From the NCBI GenBank assembly GCA_044372565.1, contig JBILRP010000003.1:5471-69470 (forward strand): DNA of 64,000 nucleotides, given 5' to 3'. A program made the position numbers and the translations under genes. The DNA is from Bacilli bacterium. Its GTDB lineage: Bacteria > Bacillota_I > Bacilli_A > RFN20 > CAG-826. Numbering within the stretch: the stretch's first letter is position 1; every line of letters starts with the position of its first letter. Below are positions 50,197 to 60,598 of this stretch, piece after piece. Under the pieces are notes generated by a model. That model made no database searches. It was given only the letters and a program-made list of their open reading frames with translations, and had not been told where the DNA came from.

Positions 50197-51246
50197 ATGG
50201 AAAGCATCTTTGGTCAAACCCTTTCACAATTAGAAAACACCCTTGAATCTTGGAATCAAAAATCTTTTTACGCCAGTGTCATTTATGATTGGATTTATGA
50301 AAAGAAGATTCGTTCATTTCAAGCGATGACAAATATTAGTTTAACCTTACGTGAACAACTAGAAAAAAACTTTCATTTCCAATTACCCTCGATTCATGTT
50401 CGCCGAGACTCAGTTGATAAAACCGTCAAACTACTTTTAAAGTTGGAAGATGGATTCTTAATCGAAGCTGTTTTAATGCGCTATAACTACGGTAATGTCA
50501 TCTGTGTGACCACGCAAGTTGGTTGTAACATCGGATGTTCTTTCTGTGCTTCCGGGTTGCTCAAACGCCAACGGAATTTAACGGCTGGTGAAATGATTAG
50601 TCAAATTGTTGTTATGAATGATTTATTAGATGCAGAAGGTAAAAAGCAACGCGTCAGTCATATAGTTGCCATGGGAACAGGCGAACCATTTGATAACTAT
50701 GAACATGTGATGAACTTCATTCGGATAGCCAATCACAACAAAGCATTGTCCATTGGTGCTCGTCATATTACCGTTTCCACATCAGGCTTTCCTGAAAAAA
50801 TTAAGGAATATGGCCGTGAACCGTTACAAATTAACCTTGCGGTTTCCTTGCATGCTCCTACGAATGAAATTCGAACAAGGCTCATGAAAATCAATCAAGC
50901 GTTCCCTTTGGAAAAGTTAATGCCAGCGATCAAAGATTATCAAGCGAACTCAGGAAGAAGAATCACTTTTGAATATATTCTCATTGAAGGGATTAACGAC
51001 CAACTTGAACAAGCAGATCAACTTGCTGAACTCGTGAAGGATATTTTCTGTTATATCAATTTGATTCCTTATAACGCTGTCATGGAAAATGAATATCGCC
51101 GTCCCCATCCTCAAGCAGTGAATGCATTCATGAGCCGGTTAATTGAATTGGGTGTCAATGCCACTGTCCGTAAAGAATTCGGTCATGATATCGAGGCAGC
51201 CTGTGGTCAATTAAGAGCTAAACACAAAAATGAAGAAACGCGGTAG
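50197..51246 (+). CDS. rlmN: 23S rRNA m2A2503 / tRNA m2A37 methyltransferase (radical SAM)
   Basis: CNIGCSFCASG CxxxCxxC cluster; 349 aa. Confidence 0.9.
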   Translation: MESIFGQTLSQLENTLESWNQKSFYASVIYDWIYEKKIRSFQAMTNISLTLREQLEKNFHFQLPSIHVRRDSVDKTVKLLLKLEDGFLIEAVLMRYNYGNVICVTTQVGCNIGCSFCASGLLKRQRNLTAGEMISQIVVMNDLLDAEGKKQRVSHIVAMGTGEPFDNYEHVMNFIRIANHNKALSIGARHITVSTSGFPEKIKEYGREPLQINLAVSLHAPTNEIRTRLMKINQAFPLEKLMPAIKDYQANSGRRITFEYILIEGINDQLEQADQLAELVKDIFCYINLIPYNAVMENEYRRPHPQAVNAFMSRLIELGVNATVRKEFGHDIEAACGQLRAKHKNEETR

Positions 51247-51973
51247 TTTTGCATTTAATTCAGATATTGGAAAGGTGAGAACCACCAACGAAGATCAAGT
51301 GGTGGCTCTGATTAACCGCCACCAAGATATTTTGCTTGCAGTCGCCGATGGAATGGGTGGTCATGCCCGGGGCGACCTTGCTTCAAGACTAGCCATGCAA
51401 TCGTTAACCAAAGGTTTTAAAAATACGTTTGGTTTATTAACGTCAAAAACGGCAACCTTATGGTTAAGGCAACAAGTGGTTCAAGCCAATCGTAGCATCC
51501 ATCAAGAAGCGCAAAAGAGCTCTTCTTTAAAAGAAATGGGCACGACGCTGGTGATTGCTTTGATTGTCAATAAGGACCTGATTATTCTTAACATCGGTGA
51601 TTCTCGAGTTTATTTATTTGATGAAGGAAAACTTACACAAGCTACTGAAGACCAAACGTATGTTGAATATTTATTTCGCCAAGGAAAAATCACAGAAGAA
51701 CAAAAACTTAATCACCCCCAAAAACACGTTTTACTAAACGCGTTAGGGCTTAATAACGCTGTTTCTTATGATGTGAAAATTGTCCCTTATCAACAACAAA
51801 CCATCCTTGTTTGTAGTGATGGGTTATATAACAATTTAACCGAAGGTGAGCTAACCACGATCATACGGTCCTCGGATACACCTCAACAAAAGGTTGACTC
51901 TTTAATCCATTTAGCCAATGCCAATGGCGGCACTGATAACATTGCCGTGGCCATTTGGGAACCGGAAAGATGA
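51230..51973 (+). CDS. prpC: PP2C-family Ser/Thr protein phosphatase
   Basis: FNSDIGKVRTTNEDQ, ADGMGGH, DGLYN motifs. Confidence 0.9.
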   Translation: MKKRGSFAFNSDIGKVRTTNEDQVVALINRHQDILLAVADGMGGHARGDLASRLAMQSLTKGFKNTFGLLTSKTATLWLRQQVVQANRSIHQEAQKSSSLKEMGTTLVIALIVNKDLIILNIGDSRVYLFDEGKLTQATEDQTYVEYLFRQGKITEEQKLNHPQKHVLLNALGLNNAVSYDVKIVPYQQQTILVCSDGLYNNLTEGELTTIIRSSDTPQQKVDSLIHLANANGGTDNIAVAIWEPER

Positions 51974-52860
51974 TTTTAGAAAACGACATTATTGATGAAC
52001 GTTATCGGATCATCAAAGAATTAGGTGAAGGTGGTTTTGCCTACGTTTATCAAGCAGAAGATCTCATCACAGGAAAAGAAATTGCCTTAAAAATCATTAA
52101 GGAAAATGCAATAAAGTCAAAAGATAACATCACACGATTTGAACGAGAAGCTCGTGCATCTGCGGCCTTAAATCATCCTAATATTGTCCGGGTTATCAAT
52201 ATTGGATATCACCAAAATCTTCCTTATATGGCTTCGGAATTAATCAAAGGCAAAACCTTACGTGGTCAATTGGATGATCAAAAGCGGTATGGATTCAAAC
52301 AAGCTTGTGAGATCATGTATCAACTTTGTGACGCGGTTGCCTTTGCTCACCAAGCCCTTGTCATCCATCGTGACATCAAACCCGATAACGTGTTTATGAC
52401 CCCAGATGAAACCATCAAACTTGGTGACTTTGGGATTGCCTTCTTCGAAAATTCCCGTCGGGTCACCAAGAGTCAAGTCATCATTGGATCCGTTCATTAT
52501 TTGCCTCCAGAAGTCACCAATGGCCAATCACCCACGTTTAAAAGTGATATTTATTCTTTAGGCATTACTTTCTTTGAACTCGTGACTGGAAAAGTTCCTT
52601 TTGAAGGTAATAACCAAATTACAGTCGCGATGAGACATATCAAAGAAAAATTTCCTTCGCCTCGTCAATGGATTCCCTCGACGCCAAGAGCGATTGAACG
52701 AATTATTCTCAAGGCTTGTCGGAAAAATCCTCTTGATCGTTATCGAACGGTCTTAGAATTTCAAAAAGAAATAAAAGAATGTTTAGACAATCCAACATTA
52801 ATTACACCAAAACGGTCTTTCTGGGCAAAATTGTTAGGTTTAAAAGTTGACGAAGCATGA
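51955..52860 (+). CDS. prkC: Hanks-type Ser/Thr protein kinase, kinase domain only (no TM or PASTA repeats)
   Basis: GEGGFAYVY glycine loop, ALK lysine, HRDIKPDN, DFGIA, APE-like; protein ends about 30 aa after the kinase domain. Confidence 0.9.
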   Translation: MGTGKMILENDIIDERYRIIKELGEGGFAYVYQAEDLITGKEIALKIIKENAIKSKDNITRFEREARASAALNHPNIVRVINIGYHQNLPYMASELIKGKTLRGQLDDQKRYGFKQACEIMYQLCDAVAFAHQALVIHRDIKPDNVFMTPDETIKLGDFGIAFFENSRRVTKSQVIIGSVHYLPPEVTNGQSPTFKSDIYSLGITFFELVTGKVPFEGNNQITVAMRHIKEKFPSPRQWIPSTPRAIERIILKACRKNPLDRYRTVLEFQKEIKECLDNPTLITPKRSFWAKLLGLKVDEA

Positions 52861-53711
52861 TCGCAACGATTGTAAGTCTTAACTTTGGTTCTTACCTCGT
52901 TCATGAACATAATCAATTTTATTTATGCCATTTACCAAAATCCGATAAAAATTTAATTAAACCTGTGGTCGGAGATCACGTTCAACTTGATGAAAAAAAG
53001 GAACAAATTGTCGATCTATTGCCTAGGAAATCGTTTATCAAAAGACCACGAGTCGCTAATCTTACAGACCTTGTCATTGTCAGTAGTTTGGTTGAACCAA
53101 GTTTCTCTTTCTACTTATTGGCGTTATTCATTACCTTTGCTCGATACTATAATTTGCACGTCACCATCATGATTACCAAGACTGACCAAATGGCTATGAC
53201 TCAGTATCAATCTTCATGGAACTATTTGTCTGCCCAGGGATTTTCGATTTTATCTTTTCAAAAGGATTTGCCTGATATTCACATGCTTTCAAGTTTAGTG
53301 TCACCAGGTAAAGTCGTCGCCTTTGCCGGACAAACAGGGGTTGGTAAATCAACCCTCATCAATGCATTAAACCCAGACTTTGATCGTCAAATCGGTAGTT
53401 ATTCTCAAGCTTTAGGCAGAGGGAAACACCAAACCAAAGAAGTGATTCTGCTTCCTTTTCAACAAGGTTACATCGTCGACACACCAGGGTTTTCTTCACT
53501 GACGTTACCGATGCTTAAACACGACGCTGCAAAAGTATTTCCCGGATTTGAAGCCCATGTGGGCCAATGTAAGTTTTTTAATTGTACTCATCAACAGGAA
53601 CCACATTGCTACATTCAAGATCTTGTGCAACATGGTAAAATTCCCTTAGAGATCTATCAAGACTACCTCAAGTTAATTGCAAAACTACCAGAACAAAAGG
53701 AGTTTCAATAA
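52857..53711 (+). CDS. rsgA: ribosome small-subunit biogenesis GTPase
   Basis: GQTGVGKSTLINAL G1 motif after an OB domain; CKFFNCTHQQEPHC zinc finger. Confidence 0.9.
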   Translation: MIATIVSLNFGSYLVHEHNQFYLCHLPKSDKNLIKPVVGDHVQLDEKKEQIVDLLPRKSFIKRPRVANLTDLVIVSSLVEPSFSFYLLALFITFARYYNLHVTIMITKTDQMAMTQYQSSWNYLSAQGFSILSFQKDLPDIHMLSSLVSPGKVVAFAGQTGVGKSTLINALNPDFDRQIGSYSQALGRGKHQTKEVILLPFQQGYIVDTPGFSSLTLPMLKHDAAKVFPGFEAHVGQCKFFNCTHQQEPHCYIQDLVQHGKIPLEIYQDYLKLIAKLPEQKEFQ

Positions 53712-54374
53712 ATGAGACCCATACAGATTGCCCCTTCGTTACTCGCTGCTAATTTTGCATCATTAGAAAATGATGTGAAACGGATGATGAAGCATCAAGT
53801 CGAATACCTGCATTACGACATCATGGACGGTCATTTTGTTCCTAATCTATCCTTTGGGGTCCCCGTGGTTGCTAGCATCAGCAAATTATTTAAGGTTACT
53901 CATGATGTGCATTTAATGATTGAAAAACCTCGTGATTTTTTTGATGCCTTCATCCAAGCTGGAGCAACGATCATCACCTTTCATTATGAAGTTGGAAATG
54001 ATGTGAAAACGATGCTTTCTTGGATTGATTATTTACATCAACACAAGGTGAAAGCTGGCATCAGCATCAAACCCAAAACAAAGGTTGAAGTTCTTAAACC
54101 ATTGATTGGTCATGTGGATGTATGTTTGGTGATGTCAGTAGAACCTGGGTTTGGAGGTCAAACTTTTCTATCCAGTGCTATCGATAAAGTTAGTTGGTTA
54201 AGAAAACAAATCGATGTACAAAAATCAAGAACCTTGATCGAGGTGGATGGTGGCATCAATGCAGAAACCGGCAAACAATGCCGAATTGCTGGTGCAGATA
54301 TTCTTGTCGCTGGTTCCTATTTATTTAATCATCCTCAATTAAAAGATGCCTTCCAATCTCTTCGCGATGAATGA
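53712..54374 (+). CDS. rpe: ribulose-phosphate 3-epimerase
   Basis: IAPSLLAANF...LHYDIMDGHFVPN N-terminus; 220 aa. Confidence 0.95.
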   Translation: MRPIQIAPSLLAANFASLENDVKRMMKHQVEYLHYDIMDGHFVPNLSFGVPVVASISKLFKVTHDVHLMIEKPRDFFDAFIQAGATIITFHYEVGNDVKTMLSWIDYLHQHKVKAGISIKPKTKVEVLKPLIGHVDVCLVMSVEPGFGGQTFLSSAIDKVSWLRKQIDVQKSRTLIEVDGGINAETGKQCRIAGADILVAGSYLFNHPQLKDAFQSLRDE

Positions 54375-55029
54375 TGCCATTCTTTGGATGCTATGGGTGC
54401 TTATTTGGATAAGTTTTTCAGGTTATTTATATTTTTCAATCCAAAGCTATCAACAATTTAAAAAAGTTCCCTTTCGCTTTCAAGAACATCTTCCATTTGA
54501 ATTACATGATATCTATGTTGAATCTGGTCAACGCTTGCCAAGCTTAAGGTGGCTCTTGCTCGTCACCATCGTCAGTCTCTTTGCGTATTGGGAAGCTTTT
54601 TTTGTCATTCCCACGATGCCATTAACCTATGGATTGTTAATCTTGATGACATTTTTCTTATTATCCTTATTAGGCGTATTTATCATAAGAACAAAAAGAA
54701 TTGAACCATATTTATTATTGGTGACGACTTATTTTGTTTCAACCTCAGCGATGTTCTTTCTGGCAAGTTATATTATTTTGATCACACCCATTAATCCGTG
54801 GCATGCATTATTTCCTTGGACCACCCTCATTCAAGGGATTATTCAACTAGGATTACTCTTGAATCCACGATTGAAAGATTGGTCAAAATTAGAAAAAGTT
54901 GAAGGCACAAATGAAAAACCACTGTATCGTCGGCCAACTCATTTTGTGATGGCCTACACCCAGTGGTTTACGTTATTGAATGTGATGATTTGGGTTTTAT
55001 TAACCCAAATTGCTTTTCTTATCGGGTAG
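54346..55029 (+). CDS. hypothetical polytopic membrane protein
   Basis: 227 aa with about 6 hydrophobic helices; start uncertain; 3' end overlaps convergent rpmB by 11 nt. Confidence 0.45.
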   Translation: MPSNLFAMNDAILWMLWVLIWISFSGYLYFSIQSYQQFKKVPFRFQEHLPFELHDIYVESGQRLPSLRWLLLVTIVSLFAYWEAFFVIPTMPLTYGLLILMTFFLLSLLGVFIIRTKRIEPYLLLVTTYFVSTSAMFFLASYIILITPINPWHALFPWTTLIQGIIQLGLLLNPRLKDWSKLEKVEGTNEKPLYRRPTHFVMAYTQWFTLLNVMIWVLLTQIAFLIG

Positions 55030-55213
55030 CTTGATTTTTCATCAAGGTACGATAAGCGCGAGCAGACATCTTGATGGACTTGGTAATGCCATTTTCAGTA
55101 ATTTGATATTTTTGTAAATTTAAATTCCAAGTTCTACGGGTTGCACGTAAACTGTGTGAACGGGCATTGCCACTCATTGGTCCTCGACCAGAAACAGTAC
55201 ATACTCTTGCCAT
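55019..55213 (-). CDS. rpmB: 50S ribosomal protein L28
   Basis: MARVCTVSGRGPMSGNARSHSLRATRRTWNLNLQK matches the L28 consensus. Confidence 0.9.
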   Translation of the reverse strand: MARVCTVSGRGPMSGNARSHSLRATRRTWNLNLQKYQITENGITKSIKMSARAYRTLMKNQATR

Positions 55214-55289
55214 GTTTATATCCTCCAGACAACGTTGTTATCTTATCATTGCCATGGCAATAAAGCAACGATTTCTATCTTGAATGTGT

Positions 55290-55460
55290 TAAAATAATGG
55301 CATTGAAGGATAGACTAACGAAAGCATCCGCTTTCCTCTCACCTATCAACGCTTCATTCGTCGCTTCGCGTTAAGAAGACCAAGCGTGCATCAAGATGAT
55401 GCAAAGTAAGGTGGTACCACGCGTTTGCGTCCTTCATAGGACGTTTTTCTTTTTTTAGGA
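55290..55460 (+). promoter_or_regulatory. T-box riboswitch leader of leuS (Leu specifier, terminator/antiterminator)
   Basis: Conserved T-box sequence AAGTAAGGTGGTACCACGCG at 55404-55423, overlapping an intrinsic terminator CGTCCT-tcat-AGGACG + TTTTTCTTTTTTT (55427-55457); CTC codon in the upstream specifier region (..TTCCTCTCACC..); AGGAGG RBS follows. Confidence 0.75.
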
Positions 55461-55469
55461 GGCCTAACC

Positions 55470-57875
55470 ATGGCATTTGATCACAAAATCATTGAACCAA
55501 AATGGCAACATTTTTGGGATGAAAAGAAAGTCTTTTATACCAATGTGTATGATTTTTCTAAACCAAAATACTATATTTTAGATATGTTCCCATACCCTTC
55601 TGCCCAGGGTCTACATGTTGGTCATCCGGAAGGCTATACGGCGACCGATATTGTTGCAAGAATGAAACGTATGCAAGGATTCAATGTCCTTCATCCGATG
55701 GGTTGGGATTCCTTCGGTTTACCAGCAGAACAATATGCCTTAAAAACCAACAATCACCCCAAGGGTTTTACGGAAAAAAATATTGCCAACATCAAAAAAC
55801 AAATCAAAGCCCTTGGCTTTAGTTATGACTGGTCAAAAGAAATTGCCACCACCGATCCTCAATATTATAAGTGGACGCAGTGGATCTTTATTAAACTATT
55901 AGAAAAAGGCTTAGCTTATATTGATGAAAAACCCGTTAATTTTTGTCCGGCACTTGGGACGGTTTTAGCCAATGAAGAAGTGATTGACGGTAAATCAGAA
56001 GTCGGTGGCTTTCCAGTGGAACGACGAATGATGCGGCAATGGGTGTTAAAAATTACCGCCTATGCAGAAAAACTATTGCAAGGACTCGATACCTTGGATT
56101 GGCCTAATTCAACCAGGGATATGCAAAAAAATTGGATTGGTAAGTCAACGGGTACAGAAATTATATTCCAAGTTAAACAAGCAAAAGACTCGATTCAAGT
56201 GTATACCACCAGAGCGGATACTTTATATGGGGCAACCTATGTTGTCTTGGCACCAGAACATCCTTTGATTCAAACCATGGTCACCCCCCAACAACGAGCA
56301 TTGGTTGAAGCTTATGTGACAGCGACTGCGTCAAAATCTGATTTAGACCGTACGGAATTAAATAAAGATAAAACCGGTGTTTTTTCAGGTTCATACGCAG
56401 TGAATCCTATCAATGGTGAATCATTACCTATCTGGATTGCAGACTATGTCTTGTATGGATATGGGACCGGTGCAGTCATGGCCGTTCCTGCCCACGACCA
56501 ACGAGACTTTGAATTTGCAAAAAAATACAAGTTACCCATTCGTGACGTGATTGCCGGATATCAAGGGGATGCCGCCATGGTTGAAGATGGTCCACACATC
56601 AACTCAGCGTTGATTAATGGTTTAGGCATTGAAGAAGGAAAAAAGAGAATCACAGAAACTCTTATTCAACGTCAACAAGGAAAATTTAAAACCAATTATA
56701 AATTAAGAGATTGGTTGTTTTCTCGGCAACGATATTGGGGTGAACCGATTCCGGTTCTCTTAAGCAAAAAAGACGGATCAATTACACCTTTAAAGATTCA
56801 TGATTTGCCATTACTACTTCCAGACTTAAAAGAATTTAAGCCCTCTGGTACTGGAGAGTCTCCACTGGCAAACGCTGGTAAATGGCTTGATGTGGTGATG
56901 GATGGGAAAGCGTATGTTCGCGAAACCAACACCATGCCTCAATGGGCTGGAAGTTGCTGGTATTATATTCGCTACTTAGATCCTCAAAATGAAAAAGTCA
57001 TCGCCGATGAAAAATTATTAAAACATTGGTTGCCAGTAGATTTATACATTGGTGGGGCAGAACATGCAGTGTTGCATTTGTTATATGCTCGTTTTTACCA
57101 TAAGTTTTTATATGATATTGGTGTTGTTCATACGGAAGAACCATTTAAAAAATTATTTCATCAAGGGATGATTCTTGGCGAAAATGGTGAAAAAATGTCT
57201 AAGTCTCGCGGCAATGTTGTTAATCCTGATGAGATCATTGAACAATATGGTGCGGATACACTCCGCTTATATGAAATGTTTATGGGTCCATTAGAAGCGG
57301 CGTTGCCTTGGTCTAACCAAGGGTTAGAAGGGGCTAGACGATTTCTTGATCGCATCTACCGCTTATTTACGGAAACAGAATATAAAGAAAAATGGGTACC
57401 ACAAAGCGACGGTCAATTAGACTATAGCTACCATTATTTAGTGAAAAAAGTAACTGCGGATTTTGAAAATCTTCAACTCAATACGGCGATTTCGCAAATG
57501 ATGATATTTATCAATGATGTGTATAAAGCGTCGAGTATTCCGGTTCCATTTTTAAAAGGCTTTGTGCAAATGCTTTCTTGTGTTGCCCCGCATTTAGGAG
57601 AAGAACTTTGGTTCATGCTTCAAGAAAAAGCATCGCTATCCTATACGCCTTGGCCAGTGGTGGATGAATCTAAACTTAAAAAATCTACCTTTGAATTACC
57701 AATTGCTGTGAATGGAAAATTAAGAGCGACCTTAACGTTCCCAATCGATATGTCTGAAAAGGAAATAGAAACGAAAGCAAAAGAGGATGACAATGTGAAG
57801 AAGCATCTTGTCGGACTTTCGATACGAAAAGTCATCTATGTCAAAGGCAAGATGATGAACTTTGTAGTAGGATAA
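55470..57875 (+). CDS. leuS: leucyl-tRNA synthetase
   Basis: 801 aa; [12 protein letters not shown] motif, KMSKS, CP1 editing domain. Confidence 0.97.
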   Translation: MAFDHKIIEPKWQHFWDEKKVFYTNVYDFSKPKYYILDMFPYPSAQGLHVGHPEGYTATDIVARMKRMQGFNVLHPMGWDSFGLPAEQYALKTNNHPKGFTEKNIANIKKQIKALGFSYDWSKEIATTDPQYYKWTQWIFIKLLEKGLAYIDEKPVNFCPALGTVLANEEVIDGKSEVGGFPVERRMMRQWVLKITAYAEKLLQGLDTLDWPNSTRDMQKNWIGKSTGTEIIFQVKQAKDSIQVYTTRADTLYGATYVVLAPEHPLIQTMVTPQQRALVEAYVTATASKSDLDRTELNKDKTGVFSGSYAVNPINGESLPIWIADYVLYGYGTGAVMAVPAHDQRDFEFAKKYKLPIRDVIAGYQGDAAMVEDGPHINSALINGLGIEEGKKRITETLIQRQQGKFKTNYKLRDWLFSRQRYWGEPIPVLLSKKDGSITPLKIHDLPLLLPDLKEFKPSGTGESPLANAGKWLDVVMDGKAYVRETNTMPQWAGSCWYYIRYLDPQNEKVIADEKLLKHWLPVDLYIGGAEHAVLHLLYARFYHKFLYDIGVVHTEEPFKKLFHQGMILGENGEKMSKSRGNVVNPDEIIEQYGADTLRLYEMFMGPLEAALPWSNQGLEGARRFLDRIYRLFTETEYKEKWVPQSDGQLDYSYHYLVKKVTADFENLQLNTAISQMMIFINDVYKASSIPVPFLKGFVQMLSCVAPHLGEELWFMLQEKASLSYTPWPVVDESKLKKSTFELPIAVNGKLRATLTFPIDMSEKEIETKAKEDDNVKKHLVGLSIRKVIYVKGKMMNFVVG

Positions 57876-57879
57876 GGGT

Positions 57880-58617
57880 ATGTTCTTAGCAATAGACTTA
57901 GGTAACACCTCCATTAAATACGGTATTTTTGATGAGGGAAAATTGGTGAGTAACCATTATTTAGATCATCCTGCGATTCCCACGATCTTGGTTTATCAAC
58001 AATGGTTAAAACCGATGTTTGATAAATATAAATTTGACCGGATTGCGATTGGTTCTGTCAAACCTCAACTCAGGCATTTAATTGTCAAAGCCCTCGCCCA
58101 ATTGTCAACGATTCAACCACAAATTCTCACCCATGAATCTTATCCTAAATTCCAACTTCGCATTGATCAACCCGAAGAACTAGGCATTGATTTATTGGTG
58201 GATGCGATTGCCACCAATCAACTTTATGCCTCGGAGGCAATCATCATTGATGTGGGCACGGCAACCAAAGTGATGGCGATTCGCCAACAAGGGTTTGAAG
58301 GCGTTGCCATTGCTCCAGGCATCTCTACCTCATTCAAAGCCTTGAATCAACATACCTCATTGATCAAAACTTTGAAAATGGTGTCGCCGCAACACGTCTT
58401 TGGTAAAAATACAACCGCGGCATTATCGAGTGGGATTATTCTTGGTCACGTGCATATGTTGGAGGGACTAGTACGCCAAGGGATTACTAGCTTAGGCTGG
58501 AAATTTGCCCCGATTATTTTAACGGGTGGATATGCCCATTTATTATTACCTCATTTTTCAATGAAGGTAACCCATGATGCGAATTTGTCATTAAAGGGAA
58601 TCCAGTTATGCCAATGA
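57880..58617 (+). CDS. coaX: type III pantothenate kinase
   Basis: LAIDLGNTSIKYGIF N-terminus (ASKHA fold); 245 aa. Confidence 0.9.
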   Translation: MFLAIDLGNTSIKYGIFDEGKLVSNHYLDHPAIPTILVYQQWLKPMFDKYKFDRIAIGSVKPQLRHLIVKALAQLSTIQPQILTHESYPKFQLRIDQPEELGIDLLVDAIATNQLYASEAIIIDVGTATKVMAIRQQGFEGVAIAPGISTSFKALNQHTSLIKTLKMVSPQHVFGKNTTAALSSGIILGHVHMLEGLVRQGITSLGWKFAPIILTGGYAHLLLPHFSMKVTHDANLSLKGIQLCQ

Positions 58618-59210
58618 CGACTCGAACAAGAATTCAAAACTTGACTGTCAACGCCATGCTTATTGCCCTTATCGCATTGATGGGGTTTGTTCCCTTTTTA
58701 GGATTTATACCCTTAGGAGCTTCGGTATCCATTACCATCATTCACTTACCAGTATTATTAGGTGCTGCGTTATTATCGACTCGATCGGCTACCTTACTTG
58801 GTTTAAGTTTTGGGCTTGTGTCTTTGCTCGTCGTGGTAACGAATCCTACCCCGCAACCTATAGATTTATTTTTTGTGAATCCACTGATTTCTGTTTTACC
58901 GCGAATTCTTTTTGGTTTGTTTGCAGGGATTTTATTTTCTTTTACTCGACGGTTTGCGAACTTACAACAATATGGTTTATTAAGTCTATTTGCCTTCTTA
59001 GCCACCGTCTTTCACACAGTCCTCGTCTTGAGTATGCTTTGGTTATTTGCTAGCGCAGAACTTAGTGGCCTCTTTGGTAATCTTGTGCAATTTATTTGGT
59101 ATATCTTATCACTTAATGGTTTGATCGAGGCAATGTTATCAGCTCTATTAATCCCCATTTTAACCCTTGCCCTTCGGCGTATTCGGTTTGTCCAACAATT
59201 ACAACTATAA
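58608..59210 (+). CDS. ECF-transporter substrate-specific (S) component, likely pantothenate (PanT-like)
   Basis: 200 aa, about 6 TM; N-terminal LTVNAMLIALIALMGFVPFLGFIP...ITIIHLPVLLGAALL pattern typical of ECF S components; translationally overlaps coaX. Confidence 0.55.
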   Translation: MPMTTRTRIQNLTVNAMLIALIALMGFVPFLGFIPLGASVSITIIHLPVLLGAALLSTRSATLLGLSFGLVSLLVVVTNPTPQPIDLFFVNPLISVLPRILFGLFAGILFSFTRRFANLQQYGLLSLFAFLATVFHTVLVLSMLWLFASAELSGLFGNLVQFIWYILSLNGLIEAMLSALLIPILTLALRRIRFVQQLQL

Positions 59211-59224
59211 AGGAGGATGCAACC

Positions 59225-60598
59225 ATGGCATCTCAATTTTCTAATTACTTAAGTCCTTATTTCAAAGAGGCGACTGCGCAACTGCAAAAGTGGATTCAAA
59301 TCCCGTCGGTTCATGATGAACGAACCATTGCGAATAAAAAGCCTTATGGAGAATCGGTCTTTCAAGCGCTTCAATTTATTGGAAAGCTTGCTGAGAAAGA
59401 CGGTTTTTCCGTGGATTATTGTGATGGGCATGTGACAGAAATTTCCTATGGCCAAGGCCCACAAATCGCTGTGTATGCCCATACGGATGTTGTCCCTGTT
59501 GCTGAAGGTTGGAAACACAAACCCTTTGGTGGTGAGATTGATGGTCCGCGGATGTATGGTCGTGGGACCAGTGATGATAAAGGTCCTGCGCTTGCGTCCT
59601 ATTACGCCATCAAGATGTTAAAAGATAAAAACCTTATTCAAGGTTTTCAAGTCAAACTCGTCATTGGTGGTAACGAAGAAAAAGGAAGTGGCTGCTTAAA
59701 ATATTATTTTGATAAGTTACATAAACCTTATGCGGTGGCTGGGTTTACACCTGACGGCAACTTCCCATTAATTTACGGGGAAAAAGGCATTAGTAATTTT
59801 GAAATTTATGGCCATGTCCATTTTAAAGGTATTCATCGGATTCAAGCTGGGATTGTTGCGAATTCGGTCATTGATAAAGCCACTGCCGAAGTCGATTCTT
59901 TGTTCTCTTTAGAACGAGCGTTGGTTGGATTTGGCTTGCCATATGACCTCAAAGTCAATGGGGCAAGAACAACCATTACCATCCATGGGAAAGCAGCCCA
60001 TGGGTCAACCCCTCAATTAGGAAAAAATGCTGGTACGGCCTTATTATCCTTTTTAGCTAAGGCTTATCCACAAGAACCTTTAACCACGATTGCAAAACAG
60101 TATGAAGATATTGAAGGAAAAAATCTTGGTATTTATTCGGAAGCGCCTTTGTTAAAAAAGACCACCAACAATATTGGATTAATCAACTATGACGGGCACC
60201 AATTTTCTTTAATTGCAAACTTCCGATTTCCAGAAAATGTGACTTACGCCAATGTCGCAAAACACGTTGCATCCATCACCCCAAAACCACTAGCATTTAG
60301 GACCTTAGGAGAATCTCGACTTCTGATCTTCGATCCAAAAGATAAGATGATTCAAACCTTACTTCAAGCTTATCAAGATGAAAGTGGCGATAAGGTCACC
60401 CCGATCATGACGATTGGTGGCGGAACCTATGCCAAAGAAGCCAAAAATACGGTTGCATTTGGTAGTAAGTTTCCAAACAAAGAAGATTTCATTCATGAAA
60501 ATGATGAAAAAATTGATCTAGAAGATTTCACGTCTTCCATGGCGATCTACGCGCGAGCGATTGTTGATTTAGGCAAATTGCATGCGGTTAAAAAGTAA
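59225..60598 (+). CDS. M20-family dipeptidase (PepV-like Xaa-His dipeptidase)
   Basis: HTDVVP, GRGTSDDKGP and the E/EE motifs of M20 metallopeptidases; 457 aa. Confidence 0.8.
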   Translation: MASQFSNYLSPYFKEATAQLQKWIQIPSVHDERTIANKKPYGESVFQALQFIGKLAEKDGFSVDYCDGHVTEISYGQGPQIAVYAHTDVVPVAEGWKHKPFGGEIDGPRMYGRGTSDDKGPALASYYAIKMLKDKNLIQGFQVKLVIGGNEEKGSGCLKYYFDKLHKPYAVAGFTPDGNFPLIYGEKGISNFEIYGHVHFKGIHRIQAGIVANSVIDKATAEVDSLFSLERALVGFGLPYDLKVNGARTTITIHGKAAHGSTPQLGKNAGTALLSFLAKAYPQEPLTTIAKQYEDIEGKNLGIYSEAPLLKKTTNNIGLINYDGHQFSLIANFRFPENVTYANVAKHVASITPKPLAFRTLGESRLLIFDPKDKMIQTLLQAYQDESGDKVTPIMTIGGGTYAKEAKNTVAFGSKFPNKEDFIHENDEKIDLEDFTSSMAIYARAIVDLGKLHAVKK

